Origin: Paraphysomonas bandaiensis
Lineage: Eukaryota; Protista; Chrysophyceae
NCBI GenBank assembly: GCA_965644295.1
Contig: CBFFRP010000207.1
Span: forward strand, 1 to 64,000
Direction: 5' to 3'
Length of the DNA stretch: 64,000 bases
Below the pieces are notes generated by a model. That model worked only from the letters and a program-made list of their open reading frames with translations, was not told where the DNA came from and did no database searches. Shown here one piece after another: positions 10,781 to 24,762 of this stretch. Both the position numbers and the translations under genes were made by a program. Positions within the stretch are counted from its first letter, which is position 1, and every line of letters starts with the position of its first letter.

Positions 10781-11345
10781 AGTAATCAGCAGGGTGTTGT
10801 GCATACACACATACACATAAATACAGCGAGACTGACATACCATACATACGATACATGCACTTATACAGAACAGCAACAAGAACTCTTATGATGCAGTGAG
10901 CGATGAATGGGTCTTGAACTGATCAAAAAAAGGGGAAGTTGGAGAACTTTTTCAGTTTGTAGTTTCATATTATCAAATCATCTGGCTGTAGTCCTTGTAT
11001 ACCATGGTATACACAGTACATGAGAGTGTAAGTTGTTGGGTTGGAATTCGAAAGAGTGTACCAGTATACATCCGACATCTGGTATATAGATATAGGAGCA
11101 GTTGCTGTATTTTTGATACGTCTGCAATTTTTATATAAGGGTTGAATTGGTATCTTTTTCCGGGATTTTTATTCCTAAAATTGCACATTCTTATCAAAAA
11201 CAGCTCGATACATAAACACCGTATGGTTTAGCACACAGTCGAGTCGAGTGTTTAAAGTCGTCTAGAATGACAAGTGATCCAACACATTCATAGAACAGTA
11301 TTATATCATGCAAGATATTATCGCTCGTGCCAGGCTGCTTGTAGA

Positions 11346-12106
11346 GCCTGAAAGGAAACGAGAATGGTATGAAGAGGTCGAGCAAGAGGTCTGTTCTCTG
11401 TTCCCAGAAATGACATATCAGCAGCGGCTTATCGGTAATAACATGCTCAATAGAGGGGGATCTGCATTGTAACTCATATACAGGATGCTTTAGCTGTATT
11501 GCTTTTGGATTTCTTTTGTCAATGGGAAGCTTGTTTCGATTAGTGCAGTTGTTGGAAGGAAACCCCGGGCCCTTCGCCCTCATGTACTCTATAGGAAATA
11601 TAGTTGCCCTTTGTGCCTCTTGTTTTCTTTATGGGCCATGGTCACAGATAAAGAAAATGTTTGCATTCACCAGGATAGTCACAACTGTAGTGTATTTAAC
11701 TATGCTTGGACTGACACTGTTTTTGGTAATACATTGTTGAATTTTTGTTTGTACTCATTCGAGATTTAGGCCCTCTACCCTGGTGATATCCCATTGCGAG
11801 TTTTATTTCTTGTATTTTCCATATTTCTTCAGTTTCTTGCGTTGAGTAAGTTATTGCTTTAGGAAGTGTAATATTTACAGGGGTTTACTAACTCCTACTT
11901 CCCTGTAGTTTGGTATACCATCAGCTTCATTCCTTTTGCGCGTGATATGGTTAAGAACTGCTGTATTACAGCTTGTTGCCAGTGTGACGCCTGCAAGGTA
12001 AAGTTATATAACGCCGTTGTGTATTGCTATGACTTTGCCTGTTCGAACCATAAACTAACTTCTTTCGTAGGATAAAAGTTGGCAAGACTTCGGTAACTCG
12101 CTTTAA
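11346..12106 (+). CDS. SFT2: Got1/Sft2-family vesicle transport protein (5' exon(s) not located)
   Basis: Spliced exons give MTYQQRLIG..NPGPFALMYSIGNIVALCASCFLYGPWSQIKKMF..RIVTTVVY..WYTISFIPFARD; stop TAA at 12104-12106. Confidence 0.85.
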
Positions 12107-13232
12107 GGAATGTAATATTAGAGATTTTAATTATGAATCGTGCGTTACTTCAAGGATATTCTATTATATTGTAGTTTTTGCACTAGGGTCCTTCTTGATT
12201 ACATCTTTTAGAAAGACCCAATGCTTGGATATGTGTTTATAAGTCATTTGTTGTCAACTAAAGTAATAAGCCATGACACACAACAGAGTACGATGACCTG
12301 ATTTCTTTCAAAATAATACATCAACTACTCTACGGTTACGACATACGGCAGTACTACTATAAAACCTACTCAACATTACTTTCACTGAAGTTGTTGAGAA
12401 TGGCTCTTTGTAAGCAATTAAAATCTATAGTCTGAGATATTTGAATTATCGAAGAATACAGCAGTGGGTAACTGTATGTTGGAAATTGCTCATTCTTAAC
12501 TAGATCTCAGAGAGAATTTGTCGTTAGACTAGATAGATTAATTAACATCGTTTACATGAAAATGTGACAAACAATACTATCTCACTTTGTTCCACGCATA
12601 ATCTCCTACATATGTGAACCTCTTGTTACTAAACATATCTTGAAAGATCAAACTATTTCAGTTTCTCAATATCATCACAGCATTTGTACATCACAATATT
12701 TCACTATATTCTCGTACATTGTCTTCAAGTGACATACTGAATATACTAGAATATAGTCCATATTTTAATGCTGTATTCTGTGTTACGAATGAGAACTAAT
12801 GTTATGATATAGTGATGTAGTGATGACAGTAGTGAATTATAAAGATCGTAAGTTGTGTGTCTCATCGTAAATGACTGGTAGTTGAGATTTGAGATAACGT
12901 GAATTAGGGTTACCGAAATAAATTACTGCCACAATACTGCAAACGAAGTAATACTATACATAGCAAGAGGGAAGATGGGACAGGTCCTTACATCTTTCAT
13001 GATTAGTATCTATATATATGTAAAATGCACCACCCAGCAATGAAATTGCCTAGCATTTCCTAGTTATAGGAATTGACTATGGTTTGAGATAAGCCGGTCT
13101 CTTTCAACCACGGTTACGGATCAACCACCTAGAATACATTGTTATGCACCAATATCGTTATTGTTGTTGTTAAAAGCTTGCTCACATTGTTTGGAATGTC
13201 TTACTACTAGCAACAAGCGTTTTAGCATTTTT

Positions 13233-13843
13233 CAATATAACTAACTAGTGTTTAATTCTGATATCCTACTATTTAGCGCTACCAAAGCTGCTTGTGCGTC
13301 ACCGCAAGCACCAAGGTGCAACTCCTTTCGCTCTATCACTCTAAGCAAACGCAGCGAGTATGCAGAATGTTGATATATACCTGACATCTGACATATGCTG
13401 ACTTCAGGATTTTCAAGAAGTCCTCAAGGTGAACAGACCGGATGCTTGACTTCAGCAGCAGGCAGCCCTATACCCCGGCGGATGCCCTTGAAGTGGACCC
13501 ATTCCCGGGTGCCTGTTTATTCGTCAAGGTCCAAAGGCGACTACACAAGTGACACTTATTACTGTCCCTTGTACTACACAAGCATTGCCATGCATCCATG
13601 AGGAAAGTTTGACGCATTACTTCGGTCATTGGCCACAGAGATACCGAATAATGTAAACTCATACTCAGCATCAATCACTCAAAGAAAACGCAATGAGCAA
13701 TCAGAATGTTGATATGCCTGATACCCCTGTTACCCCTGTTACCCTTGAGGTGGGGCCATTCTGGGATGCTTGTTTATTCGTCAGGGCCCAAAGACGTCTA
13801 CACAAGCGACACTTATTAGTGTCCCTTGTACCACACAAGCATT
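13233..13843 (+). repeat. Dispersed repeat family copy (homologous to 50347-50605 and 45085-45172) with an internal ~100-bp duplication
   Basis: 13233-13327 aligns to the reverse complement of 50511-50605 and 45085-45172; 13485-13586 is duplicated at 13742-13843 and matches the reverse complement of 50347-50440. Confidence 0.8.
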
Positions 13844-14423
13844 AGGCTACGAGTGGGCTGAGAATTTTCAGCTGACTATGCTTGCGGCTCAAGTTAGTTT
13901 CGCGGAGAAATATCTCCCAGAAAAGATGTGAGTTCGACTGTGTTGATGGTCTTTGGTATATTGGTATATTTCGGGGTTAGGACTGCAATCTCATACATAT
14001 ATTTAATCACAATGCCTGATTTGATAAAAATAAGTTAGTGTATATCACTACAGCTTTTACACTGAATCGATATTCGATAACGACGGTACATTGAGGGAAT
14101 TTCAATTTAGTGGATTTATTCAGCTGAAAGTAATCTGCGGAGCAGCCTCCTAACCACCTCGATTTATTCCTGTGATACAAGAGTTTGGCAATTGTAAAAG
14201 CACTTGAACCTAAAGGCATTGTCCTCTTCAGAATATAATATTATTCACTAGTAATGCTAATGGCTAGAATCGAATACAACTATATATTATTTAATTTATT
14301 CATAGTGCATTATTCGAAAATTCCTCTATAACATTATTCAAATACATGTTTGTAGTTGCGAGAAATTCAGCAACACACATAACTGCCCTATCACCTCCAA
14401 ACGTTTCTCAGACTTGCATCCCA

Positions 14424-16155
14424 TCAGTAAAAATTCTGGAGTGACTGTCTATATCTTAACTCCTTCAGATTTTGTTTTGCTCTCTCGATTCCAGGAATCG
14501 TTTTCTTCACTGCCATCGAAGAATTGAGCCGAAGATCTACCTCCAGCATCTGACTAGCACTAACTGTGTGATATAAATCACACTGCTGATATGGAGTTAA
14601 ATGGGAGTGCTCTGTAACAGATCTAGCTCTTGTTGATGTCAACATGTCTTTAAAAAATCTAGAAATCTCTGCGTCAGGGATATATCTCTCGAATCCAGCT
14701 TTCATGGCGGGAGTAGAGAGAATCATTCCTATTATCTCAGACACTATTCCTGTCACAAGTGCGGTAGAAGCAGATGATCCTGACACCACGCCAAACTCTT
14801 TGTTCGATGGACCGATAAAGGGAGCGGAGATGTCTTCACCGGGGACGTGGACGTCGAGACAGTCACCGAAATTACTTCCTAACAGTGGGAGATTAGAGTA
14901 GCGGCTTGTTGCTCCTACTGTCAGCGCGAAGTCTGAGTTCGCTGGTGACCGACCGCACGAGAACATATCCTCATCACCGGCAGACACCACTGGGAGAACA
15001 ACTACAATTGAGAGGCCCCTGTCAGCAACAATGGTGATGTACTACATATCCAAACCTTGTGATAGCACATAAATGGCGAACTGAAGGGCTCTAGAATGCT
15101 TTCCACTGAAACTCATGTTTACAACGGCGTGTAGCCGGCCGCGAAGGTCAGCTATTTCTCTATGCATATCTGCTCACATGTACGTAAGAATACACGCCAA
15201 TCGACGCAACACTACAATAACGTATACATAGGCACTAAGGCATGATACAGGACACCATTTCGAACCAGCAACAGATATGTAGGATTAGTTCAATGAATGA
15301 AAAATCACCTAGCACATAGTCCAGCCCGGCGATAACATCATCCACACGTCCTGTACCATCCGGTCCGAGCACACGCACATTGATCAGGCGCGTATTGGGG
15401 TTCACTCCGCGCATGCTTCCTCCAATTATACCTACACACCACATAAGTACATGTCTTTGTGCGTCATCGACGAAACGGAAGATTCATACCAGCCACTTGT
15501 GTTCCATGTCCATGGGGGTCGTTTCGTATGTACTCATCGTTAAATGCGTCGAAGCCATGGGTCACCCTCCCGTCGAAGGTCACATGGGTGGACTGAATCC
15601 CAGTGTCGAGTACGTATACGTTCTGTAAGGAGAATATATCAAAACCTAAACAAAGAAATTATGAAAACGACTTACAACTGAAGTTTTAGAAGTTTTATTT
15701 GAAGAAAGAACGCCGTCTATTGTCTCATACGTTATGGTACAACTACCCTCTTTCGTCATTGTCGGCTCAGTACTGAGGCGCTCTGCAGATGGTACAAAAG
15801 GTACAAAGCTAACAAACTTATCAACATTAGCAACTTTAACCAAATCCACTTCCTCAACAAATTTGACTTCATCATAAACCCCCAGCATAGATATGTCCTC
15901 ATCCATAGCCATCGAATAAGCGACAAATCCCATAGTAGCCAAAGACTCGTAACGTCTCAATATTTTAATACTATTAATAGTGTTCGTTACATTCGTAATG
16001 TGGTTATTTAGATAGCTCTTAGCTTCATGACTGGAGCTTATCGCTCCTGTGTCTGTTAGTGGCTTCAGGACGACTATATACTCATCTGCACACACTACAG
16101 CCATACATATGAATACAAACACATGATACATCGCCAGTAGATTCCACATGATCAT
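14424..16155 (-). CDS. Secreted subtilisin-like (S8, proteinase K type) peptidase with I9 propeptide, multi-exon
   Basis: Signal peptide, YIVVLK propeptide motif, VYVLDTGI, DPHGHGTQVAG, VVNMSF, SNFGDCLDVHVPG, SGSSAS. Confidence 0.85.
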
Positions 16156-16614
16156 TCAACGCATTAGTTATAGTGTGGTTATGTTATTGTGTCGCTAACT
16201 GGAGATTGTGCTCTATGGCGAGACCACATTAATAAAATATTCAGGTGGACACTCTCTCTACATAACTAGAGAGCGTGTAGTATACGTATAGTACACACCA
16301 TACAGAGGGTGGATGGGGGATGAGGACTGTATGTAGGTATGTATGTAGGTATGTATGTATATATGTACCAGGATTCCTACTACTATATACGTATATGTCC
16401 AGTGTGTGTGCTATGATATGAGTCCAGTATACGGTATACAGCAGTAGTTGTTATGTTGTGTGACTATTGTAGTCTACATCGCATAGAGCATCAGATATAA
16501 TTAGCGGCGATATCTAACCTAATCTGCAATTAAGGACAGCTATATACACTAACCGCTGTCTCTATTACAACTACCGGCTGATAGAATCAATCTACTCTAC
16601 ACTATAACGCAGAC

Positions 16615-19600
16615 ATGAATATATCTTTCGGTAAAAAGAAATCTCAGTCTCAAGATATTGACGGCCCGCCCACACCTGATACAGAAGCCACACATTCACC
16701 ATCTGGACGAGGATTTTCATCTAAGTTTGGTGATTATGGTCGAAGCATATCGAGTATGTCGAAGAAGATGTCATCCGTTACTAGTGCACTTGGGATGGGA
16801 GAGAATGAAGATAGTGATAATCGGAAGAGTGACAGCAAACAAGCAGAACGATCCAGAGAAGTTGAAAGACTCGTCGAGCATTTCAGGTATACATTACATG
16901 CAGTATATATATATGCGGTTTAACTTTTATCTCAGACTTCAATGCCCTCAAACTCATGCCGGTCTCGTAGTAGCCTTCACCTCGACTACACTTTCTCCTC
17001 TTATCGACCCGAACGTAAAGTTCAAATGGTACCGTATGGGGGCTGACATGGAGGGATTTGTACAAATTGATGAGAGTTCTAGAGCATGGTACCCACCTAC
17101 AGCAGACGATATTGGGATGAAGATATGCGCCAACTGCGAGGACACTATGGATCAGGGATATTGCAGATATGCCGAGGTACATTTCATCCGCATGGAGTTT
17201 CTTATCTATGATGTTAACTGCCTCATGTTAACTTACATTTAATTAGCAAGGATATGTTAAATTGTATATTTTTCCCATACATCACGAAATAACTTACATG
17301 ACATCTTTGGACAGGCTGGGCCCGTGGAAGCAGACCCATTACTTTGCTCTATGGTTGAGTCAGCACTGGAGAATGGGCGATATGAGGTACTGTTTTGTAC
17401 TTGTCTGCGTTTAGTATGTACTGCTACGGGATATGAAGTATGTGCTTTTAAATTGGTGTTCTGGTGTAGGTAAAGGATGTAAGTGTGAGTCTCGGTACCA
17501 AATCGTTGTCACTCTCCGAGCACGGCTTTTCTGCATCAGCCGCTGCTCGTGGTGTATCATCTGGAAATATTACATTTGATATGCACAGTGAAGATAGACC
17601 ATCTGCCCTCTCGTCAAATGCTCCCTTCGTAAAGATCCCTCAAAATATCACGGTGGAGGTGGATAGCAGTGGTGTATTTATATCCGGTGTTTCTGTGTCA
17701 TCTGATGAAGCACGAGCAAGAAAGGGTTTGTTAGTTTACCCCTCACCAGATCTGGATGTGTCATGCACTCTCCCGGCGTCCCTTATAATAGTGGTGCCAT
17801 ACACTAAATCTCCGGGTGGGGGACACAGTACGCCGAAAAGAGTGGATTCTGGAGATGCCGACCCCGACGATGGCGGTAGCGAGGGAAATGATGACGTAAA
17901 ACCGGCATTTGAATGGGTTGGAGACACGCAGGGTGGCGTCCATGAATGCGTAAAGGAGTTCTTGGAGACAATCCCTCCAGATACGACTTGCTTCAAAATA
18001 TGTCTGGCTTGCTCTGACCGTATGATAAGAGACGCGTTGGTACTTAGCTGTCGTGCCCTAGCAGGTTTCAACCCTGATGTTGGCGTGCGCGAGCGACTTC
18101 AGAGCCTGCCATGGTTTTCCTCCGATGGAACGAGGCGTGTAGCTGAAGTACAAAGCATGGCTGGCAGCGATCTGGGAGGTAGACTGAAACAGTTAGAGGA
18201 TGAGAATGCTACCCTAAGGAGGCAGCAACAAGAACTCACCCTCCAGCTAATGGAACATGAGCAGGATTATGGAGGGCCAGGTTATTTACTGCTAAGGTGT
18301 GTAATATTAGTTATAGTATGTCGCAGAGCCTGTCATCCATCTTACTCGAGCGGCATCTGAATCTACTCTCGGAGACGGCGATGCCTCTGGTAATGAGGAT
18401 TCTACTTCGGCATCGCCCAAGCCTGAGGAAAAAGACGAAGAGTCGCAGAATCATTATCAGCAGGCTAGTAACCAGCTAAAATTGAAGAATCGTGAGCTCG
18501 AGAAAGCGCTTCAAGCAGCTAAGCACCGTGAGGTCTGTACATATTAATGCCTGTTGGTGTAGTTGTATATCCATAGTGTATGTGGTTGCAGTGTATATAT
18601 TCTTTTATGAAACCTTGTTGCAGATTGAATCAGAAAAGTCAATATTGGATTTAAGTACCAAGCTAAAGCGTCTCCATACAGATGCTGAGACCCAGGTAGC
18701 TTTGTGCAATCATTCATTGAAGTGTTAATAAATTTTACTCCTTAGCAAAACTCGAATCATGAGTTGCTCCAGCGCGTGGCAGAATCTCATGCAGACGCTA
18801 GGGCCCAGCGGAACGCTGCCGAAAAAAGTCAGGCAGAGGCTGCTGAGCTTCGTCAACGCTTGGAGACAGAAACTGCAGAGTTGCAACGACGACTTGAAAC
18901 TCTTACCTCGGAACTACAAGATAAGGTTCAGTTGGCCTCCTTGGAATCTTCACAGTCGGTGTGTTTCAAACATATTACTGATGCTATATCTATACTAACT
19001 TTTATCAGAGCGAATTGCAAGCTGCACTGGATGAGAAGACATCCACAGTATCTCAATTGCGGGATCGCATTATGTGTCTGCAGACAGATGTGGAAGAGGC
19101 CAAATCTCTACGTGAAAATGCAGAGGTCGCATTGGGACAGTGTCGTCAGGAATTGGAAGCAACGCAGCTTGCAGCAGCAGATAGCGTAAATGTTATTGAG
19201 GAACTGCGGTCTGAGGTCGGGAAGCTAACTGCGAGCAATGAAACGTTGAGTATAGATCTTGCGAAAGTGAAGGAAGAGAGAGATGAGCTGGAAACGAGGT
19301 CCATCCCCAGGCAAAAGTACGAAGAATTAGAAGCATTATGCGACACCGTGCAAGGTACTTGTGATGCGCCATATTGTTATTACTTTCTAATGTGCATCTA
19401 TCTAGGTGAGAAAAATCACTGGCAAAAGAAAGCCGAGAGCTTAGCCAAAGAGGTGAAAAAAGTGCTCAAGGAGTCAAAGCATACAGTTCGTGGCCTGGAG
19501 ATCGATATCGACAACCATCGCAGTATGTGCGCGGTAAGATAGTGCACATTTTGTACACTTCAATTTAAAAAATACATGTATTCCGGATTGTATTGACTGT

Positions 19601-19747
19601 CATGCGCAGAAATTAAGGGAAGAATTAGAGCAGTTAAAGCGGCAGCAAGAACTAGATGAAGCCAAGAGGAAAGAGGAAGAAGCACACAAATCAAGGGGAT
19701 TGTTTCGTTTGAAACGGGGTTCGACTACTGCTCAATCTTCGACTTAG
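16615..19747 (+). CDS. Hypothetical protein with an AIR9-like Ig repeat and a long C-terminal coiled coil (multi-exon)
   Basis: FKWYR..IDESSRAWYPPTADDIGMKICANC resembles AIR9-type Ig repeats; heptad-rich exons 18180-19700 linked by GT-AG introns; stop TAG at 19745-19747. Confidence 0.65.
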
Positions 19748-21131
19748 CTGTTCTTCATTTACTCCATCCCTGACTTATTATATTAGCACTGATGTTCAGT
19801 TGACTCTTACTTGTTAGCATTATGTTGTGCTCGTTGTATGGTTGGAGAAGCTGTATCATAGCGATATGTGTAATACTAGTAAAACGTATAACGATATGAT
19901 GACACTATTATTTAGCTCTGTTTGAATGCTGTTATCAATTCCGAAACAATTTGTTTAAACACAATAAATTTGTGCCGGGACTCTACGACGTGTAATTGTG
20001 TCTATACATCTATTCTATTGCTATAGTTTTCATATCGGGTGGCATTTCTGATAAAATGGAAATGACAGTCACGCAAAGCAATTCAAGTCACTGAAGTAAT
20101 TTCTGGTAACTACCAAACTGGCAGAAGTGTACAATGGAATACTTGCTTAGTTTGTTTACAATTTACAAGTATCGTCAGGAGTTAGTTATCATGGAAGCTC
20201 AATGAGAGGGTTTCCTGATAATATCGAGTGGTTCATGTGTGCTACCACAATGCCATGATGGAACTGATTATTCATGCCCACTGTATGTATTAATCAATAA
20301 GCTTTACGTATCTAGCAGTTACTATACTATACTTTCCCTGCTTAATAGAGTCCCTCGATAAGATCTATAGCGACAGGCACTGTGATCTATTGGCACTATA
20401 TTATATACGTAACACTCTTTACATATCTATATATCTATTGGTGTATACGTATATACCATACAGTGTTGTGCAATATCAGGATATTCACAGTACACATAAA
20501 CTTATAGGTAAAAGTTAGAGGTTTTGAGGCATTATAAATCCCACAACAGTATATAAATAGCTGCATATCATGCATAATGATCCTCGATTCCTATTGGCCA
20601 TCAGACACTTTCACTTCTATCGTTGGAGGGACACTTCACGCTACTGTACTTTGAAGCTCTTTCGTATACAGTATACGTGTACGGTGTCACTGAATCTCTA
20701 CCATATCCATTATCTAAACATCTATATACCCATATCCGGATATTCACAGTGATAACATCCATCCGTATCGGCATCCTTTGTGTATTTTTGTTCAAAGATG
20801 GCTCTAATATAGAGACAACAATTATGTGTATTCCAGCCGTAGTTGTATGTAAGTAATATAGAAAATATTTGCTTCAATTTATTCCCGAAAAATAAGATGC
20901 AGACTGCCGATACGTCTGTGGGCACAAGTCACGCCTGCCTTCAAGACTACAACCGTAGTTCGTAGTATACTCATATTGTGTATGCAGTGTAGATATACGC
21001 CGTATACCTCTTCAGACACTCTGCTTCCTGCTGTGTCGCTTGTGGATGCTCACATATTCATATATGCGTAGATTGTATATGGATACTGTGCATGTCATAG
21101 ATAGCACCATATCACTGTAGTTTTCTCCGTC

Positions 21132-22222
21132 ATGTTACTTAGCAGGGAGGTTTCCTTTTCAAATGACGTGTTTTCCCAGCGGAAGTATTCCGTGTTTGCT
21201 GGTGCTGGATATGAGGAGTTAGGTCAACGGCTCCAGGTGCTCCAGGTGAGACCCTCCCACACATATACACACATACATACATACACATATAGACAGTCAT
21301 ATTAATACTGTCACAGCCAGGGAGATTTGAATATTACCACACGAGTTATGATAAATTTCCGGATGGCACTGATAACATAACTCTCTCCGGCTTCACTCCC
21401 ACTAACGTCATTGCTGGGTCTCATGTTTTATTTCTGGCATCTCTTCTGAATAATGATGCGACTGTATCGCAAATATCTGTTTTAATTGTGTTACTTCAAA
21501 GCTTTATAAAGAGCTTGACTATCGTGATGCCGTTTTACCCCGCTGGTACTATGGATAGGGTTGACGTTGAGGGTAAAGTGGCAACTGCTAATACACTCGC
21601 GATGATATTTAGCTCCCTACCGAGTTGTGGGAAACCGGCCCGTTTAATGATATATGATATCCATGCTCTTCAAGAGCGATTTTATTTCCATGGCTCTGTT
21701 ATTCCAAGCCTGCACACTGCCCTTCCTTTACTGCTCCCGAAATTACGTGAACATAATATCAGTGCAGTGGCATTTCCTGATGACGGGGCGGCCAAACGAT
21801 TTGGCCATTTTTTCTCTAGTAATGGGTTTAATATAATTGTGTGTGGTAAGGTGCGGAATGGAGACACACGTATTGTTACTATACAGGATGGGAATCCGAA
21901 TGGATGCAAAGTGGTAATTGTAGATGACCTAGTGCAAACAGGTGGAACCATATACAAAGCTGGCCAGCAGCTTATGAAATCTGGTGCAACACAGGTGTTT
22001 GCCTATGCCACTCATGGAGTCTTTCCCGAAAATTCCTGGGAAAGATTTCTTTACCCCGTCTCACAGGACAACTCCACTCCATCAACCTCCGAAAGAATAT
22101 TTGAGAAGTTCTGGTTTACGAATAGCATACCACACACTGTATCACGAGTACCATCAGACAACGTCTTTGAGGTTATTGACTTACTACCACAGATAATATC
22201 TGATCTAGAGTTCAGGAGTTAA
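21132..22222 (+). CDS. PRS: Ribose-phosphate pyrophosphokinase, class II (plant PRS4-like)
   Basis: Exon 1 21132-21245, intron, then KFPDGTDNI, PFYPAGTMDRV, DIHALQERFYF, AFPDDGAAKRF, VIVDDLVQTGGT (PRPP loop), YATHGVFP. Confidence 0.92.
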
Positions 22223-23582
22223 TTTAATATAGTGTAGTGTGCAATGATTTTGATACCTACTAGTCTTGAATAGCGATGACGGTAGAGTGGCAAACTTTGA
22301 AAGTACCATACTGTTGATACGATAAGTTTATATTGAAATATTGTGCTACTTGTGTTTATACACTATTATTGCTTTCCCATGGAAAATTTATTTGGGAGGG
22401 TTTCTAGTCAGCTGCGGCTAGTATTGTACGCTGATATCATCATGAACATTGAACACTGTTGCTTTAGTACGTTGGTATGTACTATGTTATGGAGTAATTA
22501 ATAGATTGCTTAGAATTATGTAGAGAGGCCGCAAAGGTTTGGGACTCATCATGTCCAACCCAGTTATTCAGCAGTTCGGAGTGAAAGGGCATGTAACCCA
22601 GGCCCTCTGTACGTTGGAGGGGGTAGGTGGTGATATCGGTAGGCATTACATCCGGCATTGTGTGGAGATTGGCAGCGGAGGATGGAGGTGGTCCGTCTGG
22701 GACTGATGCTGGAGGTGCCATGGTGTTCATTTGAGTAAGTGTGGTGGTAGGTGGCTTCCGTTTGACGGTGAAATAGTCAAATAGTGTAGCGCGCGGCGGG
22801 ATGGTGTCGTTAGTGGATTTGGGTAAGTTGTGGGTGGGTTTGCTGGGTCCGTCGTCGCTGTTGTCGGAAGGAAATTCCTTGCCCTGGAGAGCGTGGGAGG
22901 GATGGCTGCTTATTATTATATAAGAACTTAGGATGATAAGGAAAGAGTAATAAAACATTAAGGATACCTAAGCGGCACAAGCGCCCGGTTTCACCTGCTT
23001 CGTTCTTGTGTGTAAAGCAATTATAACTATCTACTAATAATCAACTGTGTGATTGCGCATAATGAGCTATCTAAGAATACCAGGGGGCGATAACAATATA
23101 TTGCAATATATTGCCCGAAAAATAATAATAACATTTTCAAGACCAATAATAAATGATTAAATATGTTGCAATATATTGATATATATTGGGCGCTAAGAAG
23201 AAGAAATGAGCTCGATCGGCAGTAACTAGTTAGTAGAGGTTACAACACAATGATGAATACCCAATAACAATGCAGCAACTAGTACTCTAAGGATTCCAAA
23301 TCTTCGTCACTGTCGTCCTTATTCTCGTCCTGATGGAACGGTCCATGATCGATAACCTGTTGCACTGTCTTTTCCTCACATAGTGACTTTCCCTCTACCT
23401 CTTTTTTTCTTCCACTACAGTGACACGAGATGCTAGCAATGCTCCCAAACCCCCTAAAATAATTGTCCAGAAATATCTTTACGATATATGCAATACTCAC
23501 TAAATTTGAGAGTGACTTATTAATGAATAAAGCAGATATAATATAATTATTGGTATTTACTTTGTCATACTTCATAGAAATC

Positions 23583-24057
23583 CTAACTAGAAAATCTATA
23601 TGACAATGAACACAGCCAGTGCAGAACATGCGGGTGTCCAAACACAGCAGCAGACGTTTGGCAAGCGTGTATATCCCATGGACATGGAGGGTCCTGTGAA
23701 CGAAGCCACTGCAGAATATCCAAGTTTCTACCCCTAGCAGCAGCTTGGCAGGTCGATGTATCCCAGGGACATGGAGGGTTCTGTGAACGAAGCCATTGTA
23801 GAATATCTAAGTGTCCACTACCAGCAGCATCATGGCAACTACATTCATCCCAGGGACATGGAGGGTCCTGTGAACGAAGCCACTGCAGTACACCCAAGTG
23901 TCCACCACTAGCAGCACCACGGCAAGTACTTTCATCCCAGGGACATGGAGGGTCTTGTGATCGGAGCCACTTCAGTACACCCAAGTGTCCACCACTAGCA
24001 GCAGCATGGCAAGTACTTTCATCCCAGGGACATAGATGGTCCTGTGAACGAAGCCAG
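23583..24057 (-). pseudogene. Ankyrin-like 27-aa repeat gene fragment (WLRSQDPPCPWD family), apparently 5'-truncated
   Basis: About five 81-bp repeats encoding TC..AA.GGHL.VL.WLRSQDPPCPWD; repeat homology begins abruptly at ~24057 with no plausible start or N-terminus. Confidence 0.7.
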
Positions 24058-24762
24058 GCATGTATGTGGCATATAAGAAGTACCGATCTTACACCGAGAT
24101 AACTTCTGCTGTATGATACAGACACAGAGGGTATATATACTAATTATTTAACCCAAAATATATTTTCTTTACATCGCATTATTCACTAATACATGCATTA
24201 TTAACATATAGCATTGACGCTCTTATGTGTTAGTCCATGTTCGGACCACTGGGCACAGCTGTAGTATTGCTATAATACACCAGTATATCATATAGCAGTA
24301 TACACACATATACGCACTGTAGTATAGGAGGGCTCTAAAAAGGGTACGAATGCAAGTGTATAGGAACCCTAGCATAACACACTGAGTACAAGATAATATG
24401 TAAGTATTCAGAGCTAACTAAATAACCTATAGCGATCCTAGTTAAGCAAAACGTTTTTTTTACCCTAGGGATGAAAAAGTCCACTTGTCATGTCGATAAG
24501 AGACACTAAAATGACTGTTTTTCACAACCGCGTGCCAAAAAAGCAGATATTTTTCTTTTCACTATTTTTTGTTCACAACTCTTGCTGGAAATTCGAACCC
24601 AACTAACGTTTTTAGCTGCATTATTATCACACTATGATACAATACTTATACTTACTTCCAACTCATCACAAATGAACTCCCTCACAGTAGAAACACCTCG
24701 AAACCAACACAACCTGAACATACATTCACTATCTGAGTGCTGTCCGCAATTTTCTTCTTTAG

